Shown here: in pieces, positions 59,830 through 64,000 of the stretch
How the letters are laid out: every line of letters starts with the position of its first letter
Numbering within the stretch: the stretch's first letter is position 1
NCBI GenBank assembly: GCA_950097015.1
Contig: CATNEN010000029.1
Location: forward strand, 2,542,001 to 2,606,000
Direction: 5' to 3'
Source: Macrostomum hystrix
Lineage: Eukaryota; Animalia; Platyhelminthes
DNA: 64,000 nt
Notes under the pieces: model-generated
The model's database searches: none
Told to the model about the DNA's origin: nothing
The model's input: only the letters and a program-made list of their open reading frames with translations
Translations under genes and position numbers: made by a program

Positions 59830-60231
59830 GACAAAGCCTACTGGGAGGTGAAGCTGCAGTCCTGCGGCAGCTGGGGCGTCGGCCTCGGCACGTTTCGCTG
59901 TGACTTGGAGTCTCCCAGAAACCTCGGCTCAGACGCCGAGTCGTGGGCTCTGCGCGATGACGCCGCTATTTACCATGGCAACCAGGCCGTTGCTAAGCTA
60001 CCCGACCCTGTTCAGGAAGGTGACGTCATCGGATTGAGCTACGATCACGTGACATTAGATTTTTATGTGAATGGCAAGCCGATGCACACCCCAGTAACTG
60101 GGATTCGGGGCACCGTGTTTCCCACATTTTACGTTGATGACGGCGCCATCCTTGACTGCGGCTTTGCCGCCTTTGCCTTCGGCCCGCCGGCCGGTTTTCG
60201 CGAGTTGATCAAGGAGAAACAGCTGCTGTGA
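59830..60231 (+). CDS. SPRYD7: SPRY domain-containing protein 7, exon 2
   Basis: TAACAG|GAC phase 0, DKAYWEVKLQ...QEGDVIGLSYDHV...GIRGTVFPTFYVDDGAILDC. Confidence 0.92.
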   Translation, partial: DKAYWEVKLQSCGSWGVGLGTFRCDLESPRNLGSDAESWALRDDAAIYHGNQAVAKLPDPVQEGDVIGLSYDHVTLDFYVNGKPMHTPVTGIRGTVFPTFYVDDGAILDCGFAAFAFGPPAGFRELIKEKQLL

Positions 60232-60334
60232 CAGCCATTTGAAAGCACACAGTAGACATTCAGCTTCTTTAAGTTCGCTAAAGAGTAGCGGTTGGAAAGT
60301 ACTTCCCAGAACCCCGGGCCACTTTCAGATCGTC

Positions 60335-60925
60335 AAACATGGCAGTCAGCATTCCCAGATCTCAAACTTGGCAGTCAGCATTCCCAGATCTCAAACTTGG
60401 CAGTCAGCATTCCCAGTTCTCAAACTTGGCAGTCAGCATTCCCAGATCTCAAACTTGGCAGTCAGCATTCCCAGTTCTCAAACTTGGCAGTCAGCATTCC
60501 CAGATCTCAAACTTGGCAGTCAGCATTCCCAGTTCTCAAACTTGGCATTCAGCATTCCCAGATCTCAAACTTGGCAGTCAGCATTCCCAGTTCTCAAACT
60601 TGGCAGTCAGCATTCCCAGTTCTCAAACTTGGCAGTCAGCATTCCCAGTTCTCAAACTTGGCATTCCCAGATCTTCAAACTTGGCAGTCAGCATTCCCAG
60701 TTCTCAAACTTGGCAGTCAGCATTCCCAGTTCTCAAACTTGGCAGTCAGCATTCCCAGTTCTCAAACTTGGCATTCAGCATTCCCAGATCTCAAACTCGG
60801 CAGTCAGCATTCCCAGTTCTCAAACTTGGCAGTCAGCATTCCCAGTTCTCAAACTTGGCAGTCAGCATTCCCAGTTCTCAAACTTGGCATTCCCAGATCC
60901 TCAAACATGGCAGTCAGCATGCCCA
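60335..60925. repeat. 29-bp minisatellite (CTCAAACTTGGCAGTCAGCATTCCCAGWT), about 20 copies
   Basis: Tandem units. Explains ORFs 60239-61284. Confidence 0.93.
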
Positions 60926-61554
60926 GATTCTCTTTATTTTACTTGCTTTATTCAGAGATAACTATATTCAAGGCAAGCTTCAAATGGTCTTTAATAGTTT
61001 TTATCACAACTATTTTTGTTCATCGATTCTCATTGTCAAAAAATCCTGACGCGATTTTACTTTGCAACGAAGTTTGTACGCGCATTCACCTGCATGACTA
61101 CTCATATGCACTTCTCAGTAGTAGCGCTGGAATTGTGGCATTGAACGTCACAACGAAATTAGGTTACTTAAGTAGTTTTTTCCAGCACTCGCTAGCCGCT
61201 CATATCGAACAATCTTTTGTCGTTTCGCCATGCCTAGATGTCCTTAGCAACGCGATAAAAGCTTTCAGGCCATTAAGTTGCTAGGACGACGACAGAGCCT
61301 TTGTCCCCCAGTGTGCTCACAAAATGAAGTCTTAACTTCTTTTGTTTATCATTTTCGATAAGATGATTTCTAGAATCAGAGCTTGGTTACATTGCTGCAT
61401 TATGGTATTTATTTGTTCTAGCAACGAGTACATTGTGTAGCTTGTGTTTTTTATATCTTTGTGTTTAGTTATGTCTTCAATCAAGTCTGTTTAACTTTCT
61501 ATTAGTTTGCTAATAATGGCAGCTTGCAGGTTGGGACTCTTTGATGAATCCCAA

Positions 61555-62395
61555 TCGGACGGTGTCCCGGTTGTTCAATGAATCCCAGTTTTAGCGAGTC
61601 CCGATTGTTCAATGAATCCCAGTTTTAGCGAGTCCCGATTGGTCAATGAATCCCAGTTTTAGCGAGTCCCGATTGTTCAATAAATCCCAGTTTTAGCGAG
61701 TCCCGATTTGTCAATGAATCCCAGTTTTAGCGAGTCCCGATTGGTCAATGAATCCCAGTTTTAGCGAGTCCCGATTGTTCAATGAATCCCAGTTTTAGCG
61801 AGTCCCGATTGGTCAATAAATCCCAGTTTAAGCGAGTCCCGATTGGTCAATGAATCCCAGTTTTAGCGAGTCCCGATTGTTCAATGAATCCCAGTTTTAG
61901 CGAGTCCCGATTGGTCAATAAATCCCAGTTTTAGCGAGTCCCAATTGTTCAATGAATCCCAGTTTTAGCGAGTCCCGATTGTTTAATAAGTCCCAGTTTT
62001 AACGAGTCCCGATTGTTCAATAAGTCCCAGTTTTAGCGAGTCCCGATTGTTCAATGAATCCCAGTTTTAGCGAGTCCCGATTGTTTAATAAGTCCCAGTT
62101 TTAACGAGTCCCGATTGTTCAATAAGTCCCAGTTTTAGCGAGTCCCGATTGTTCAATGAATCCCAGTTTTAGCGAGTCCCGATTGTTTAATGTATCCCAG
62201 TTTTAGCGAGTCCCAATTGTTCAATGAATCCCACTTTTTTTATCGAGTCCCAATTGTTCAATGAATCCCAGTTTTAGCGAGTCCCGATTGGTCAATGAAT
62301 CCCAGTTTTAGCGAGTCCCGATTGTTCAATGAATCCCAGTTTTAGCGAGTCCCAATTGGTCAATGAATCCCAGTTTTAGCGAGTCCCGATTGGTA
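61555..62395. repeat. 34-bp minisatellite (AATGAATCCCAGTTTTAGCGAGTCCCGATTGTTC), about 24 copies
   Basis: Tandem units with no spacers. Confidence 0.93.
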
Positions 62396-62811
62396 TTGCA
62401 TGCGCACACGTTTATTGAGTTTTTTTACACGACCTTAATTTCTCTGTATTCCATGTCGATTCATTATTGCCCTTATTTTGGGATTTTATTATCGTTCTTG
62501 CTGTTGCTATCATGCATACAAGTATTTACAATGCGATTGTTAAACGGAAAGTCGTTTACTGTCATTGTAAAATAACAAATGTGCAAATTTAGTGACTGAT
62601 TTATAAAATAAATAAATGTCTGACGAACTGTCGTCGGGTGATTGTGTGGTAAATATTTTAGTAGATTGTAAACTCTCTGCTGCTGTTTGCATTTTCATGA
62701 TTTAGTTGTTTCAATTTAGAATATTCTGTGGGAATTAGTGAACTGACACGCTTTCAACCAGACGAACAGCTAGTGGTACAGCCGCAAAACTCATGAAAAC
62801 GCATTCCAAAT

Positions 62812-63430
62812 GTTGGAATCTGCCCAATAATCTCTCAAAGGAATCGTCGCTTCAATCGCTTTGTTAGTGTAGGAATCTGCCCAAGAATCTCTCAAAGGAA
62901 TCGTCGCTTCAATCGCTTTGTTAGTGTAGGAATCTGCCCAAGAATCTCTCAAAGGAATCGTCGCTTCAATCGCTTTGTTAGTGTAGGAATCTGCCCAAGA
63001 ATCTCTCAAAGGAATCGTCGCTTCAATCGCTTTGTTAGTGTAGGAATCTGCCCAAGAATCGCTCAAAGGAATCTTCGCTTCAATCGCTTTGTTAGTGTAG
63101 GAATCTGCCCAAGAATCTCTCAAAGGAATCGTCGCTTCAATCGCTTTGTTAGTGTAGGAATCTGCCCAAGAATCTCTCAAAGGAATCGTCGCTTCAATCG
63201 CTTTTTGAGTGTAGGAATCTGCCCAAGAATCTCTCAAAGGAATCGTCGCTTCAATCGCTTTGTTAGTGTAGGAATCTGCCCAAGAATCTCTCAAAGGAAT
63301 CGTCGCTTCAATCGCTTTTTGAGTGTAGGAATCTGCCCAAGAATCTCTAAAAGGAATTGTTGCTTCAATCGCTTTTTGAGTGTAGGAATCTGCCCAAGAA
63401 TCTCTCAAAGGAATCGTCGCTTCAATCGCT
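62812..63430. repeat. 57-bp minisatellite, about 11 copies
   Basis: Unit GGAATCTGCCCAAGAATCTCTCAAAGGAATCGTCGCTTCAATCGCTTTGTTAGTGTA. Explains ORF 62791-63408. Confidence 0.93.
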
Positions 63431-64000
63431 AAATAAAATGATCATACAGTAAAGGTGAACCAACATCACGTGACTTAGTCAGCCAAATTTACACTGTAGT
63501 GTATGTAGTACCCAAAAGCCAATGAGTGATGCAGCATTTAGGGAAATTCTTGCACCTTTACCACTATGTCTTTCGACATACAGTGAAAAAATCTATAAAA
63601 AAATCAATATTAACAGATGAAAAACTGCACAATTTGCGCATGCTCGTAAGGAGCAAAACACGAAACAAAATACAGGTGATAATTATTGTATCCAGTGCAC
63701 AAAAAAGCATTTCGGCAATCGACGAAATTACATCATCGTTGACAGCAAACAATAAATAGACAAATCAGATTTGCGTCACAAAAACTCGCATTGTCATGTC
63801 CGCATGTTTGGAATTATTAATTTAGAGAACAATGACGCAGGCAATAATCAGGGCCGCTTAACTTCCCCAAGACTACACTCCGTGCAGCCTAGTAAGTTTT
63901 CTGCCGGGTCACCTGTCCAGAATGTGAGCCGTGGTGGGCCGGCATGTCGTGCGCATCTTCTATAGCGTTACGACGAAGAAAGTACTTGCAGTAGATGAGC

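Noticed and set aside
61555-63430. CRISPR-like arrays (34-bp, 57-bp and also 32-bp units)
   Set aside because: Monomers are head-to-tail with no unique spacers, there are no cas genes, and the context is eukaryotic.

Overview
Eukaryotic (metazoan) genomic DNA with spliceosomal introns. There are no prokaryotic features, CRISPR arrays or intact RNA genes. GC-rich exons, very dense intronic minisatellites and the gene set suggest a flatworm such as Macrostomum (inference, not proven). Genes reconstructed by hand with in-phase splice sites: a 3-exon Shaw/Kv3-type K+ channel (+, 9212-23712) with an unusual S4 and S6; a 9-exon SLC6 amino-acid-type transporter (-, 31690-25957) with one GC-AG intron and two substituted Na1-site residues; an intronless SLC15A3/4-like transporter (-); an RWD+RING-H2 E3 ligase (RNF25-like, +) with an RGG/Arg-rich tail; two tandem ZMIZ1/tonalli-like exons 7637 bp apart; SPRYD7 (+); and an unidentified 5' exon (-, 4115-4516). 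Mobile DNA: an internally deleted DD34D mariner, a 1.9 kb non-autonomous TIR element, and two tRNA-derived SINE families. About 28 distinct tandem arrays produce most of the long ORFs in the supplied track, and these ORFs are spurious. Best leads: CDS-restricted homogenisation of the ZMIZ paralogs, introns inflated by private tandem repeats next to splice sites, and the channel and transporter with altered core functional residues. All comparisons were done by eye, so array boundaries are approximate.
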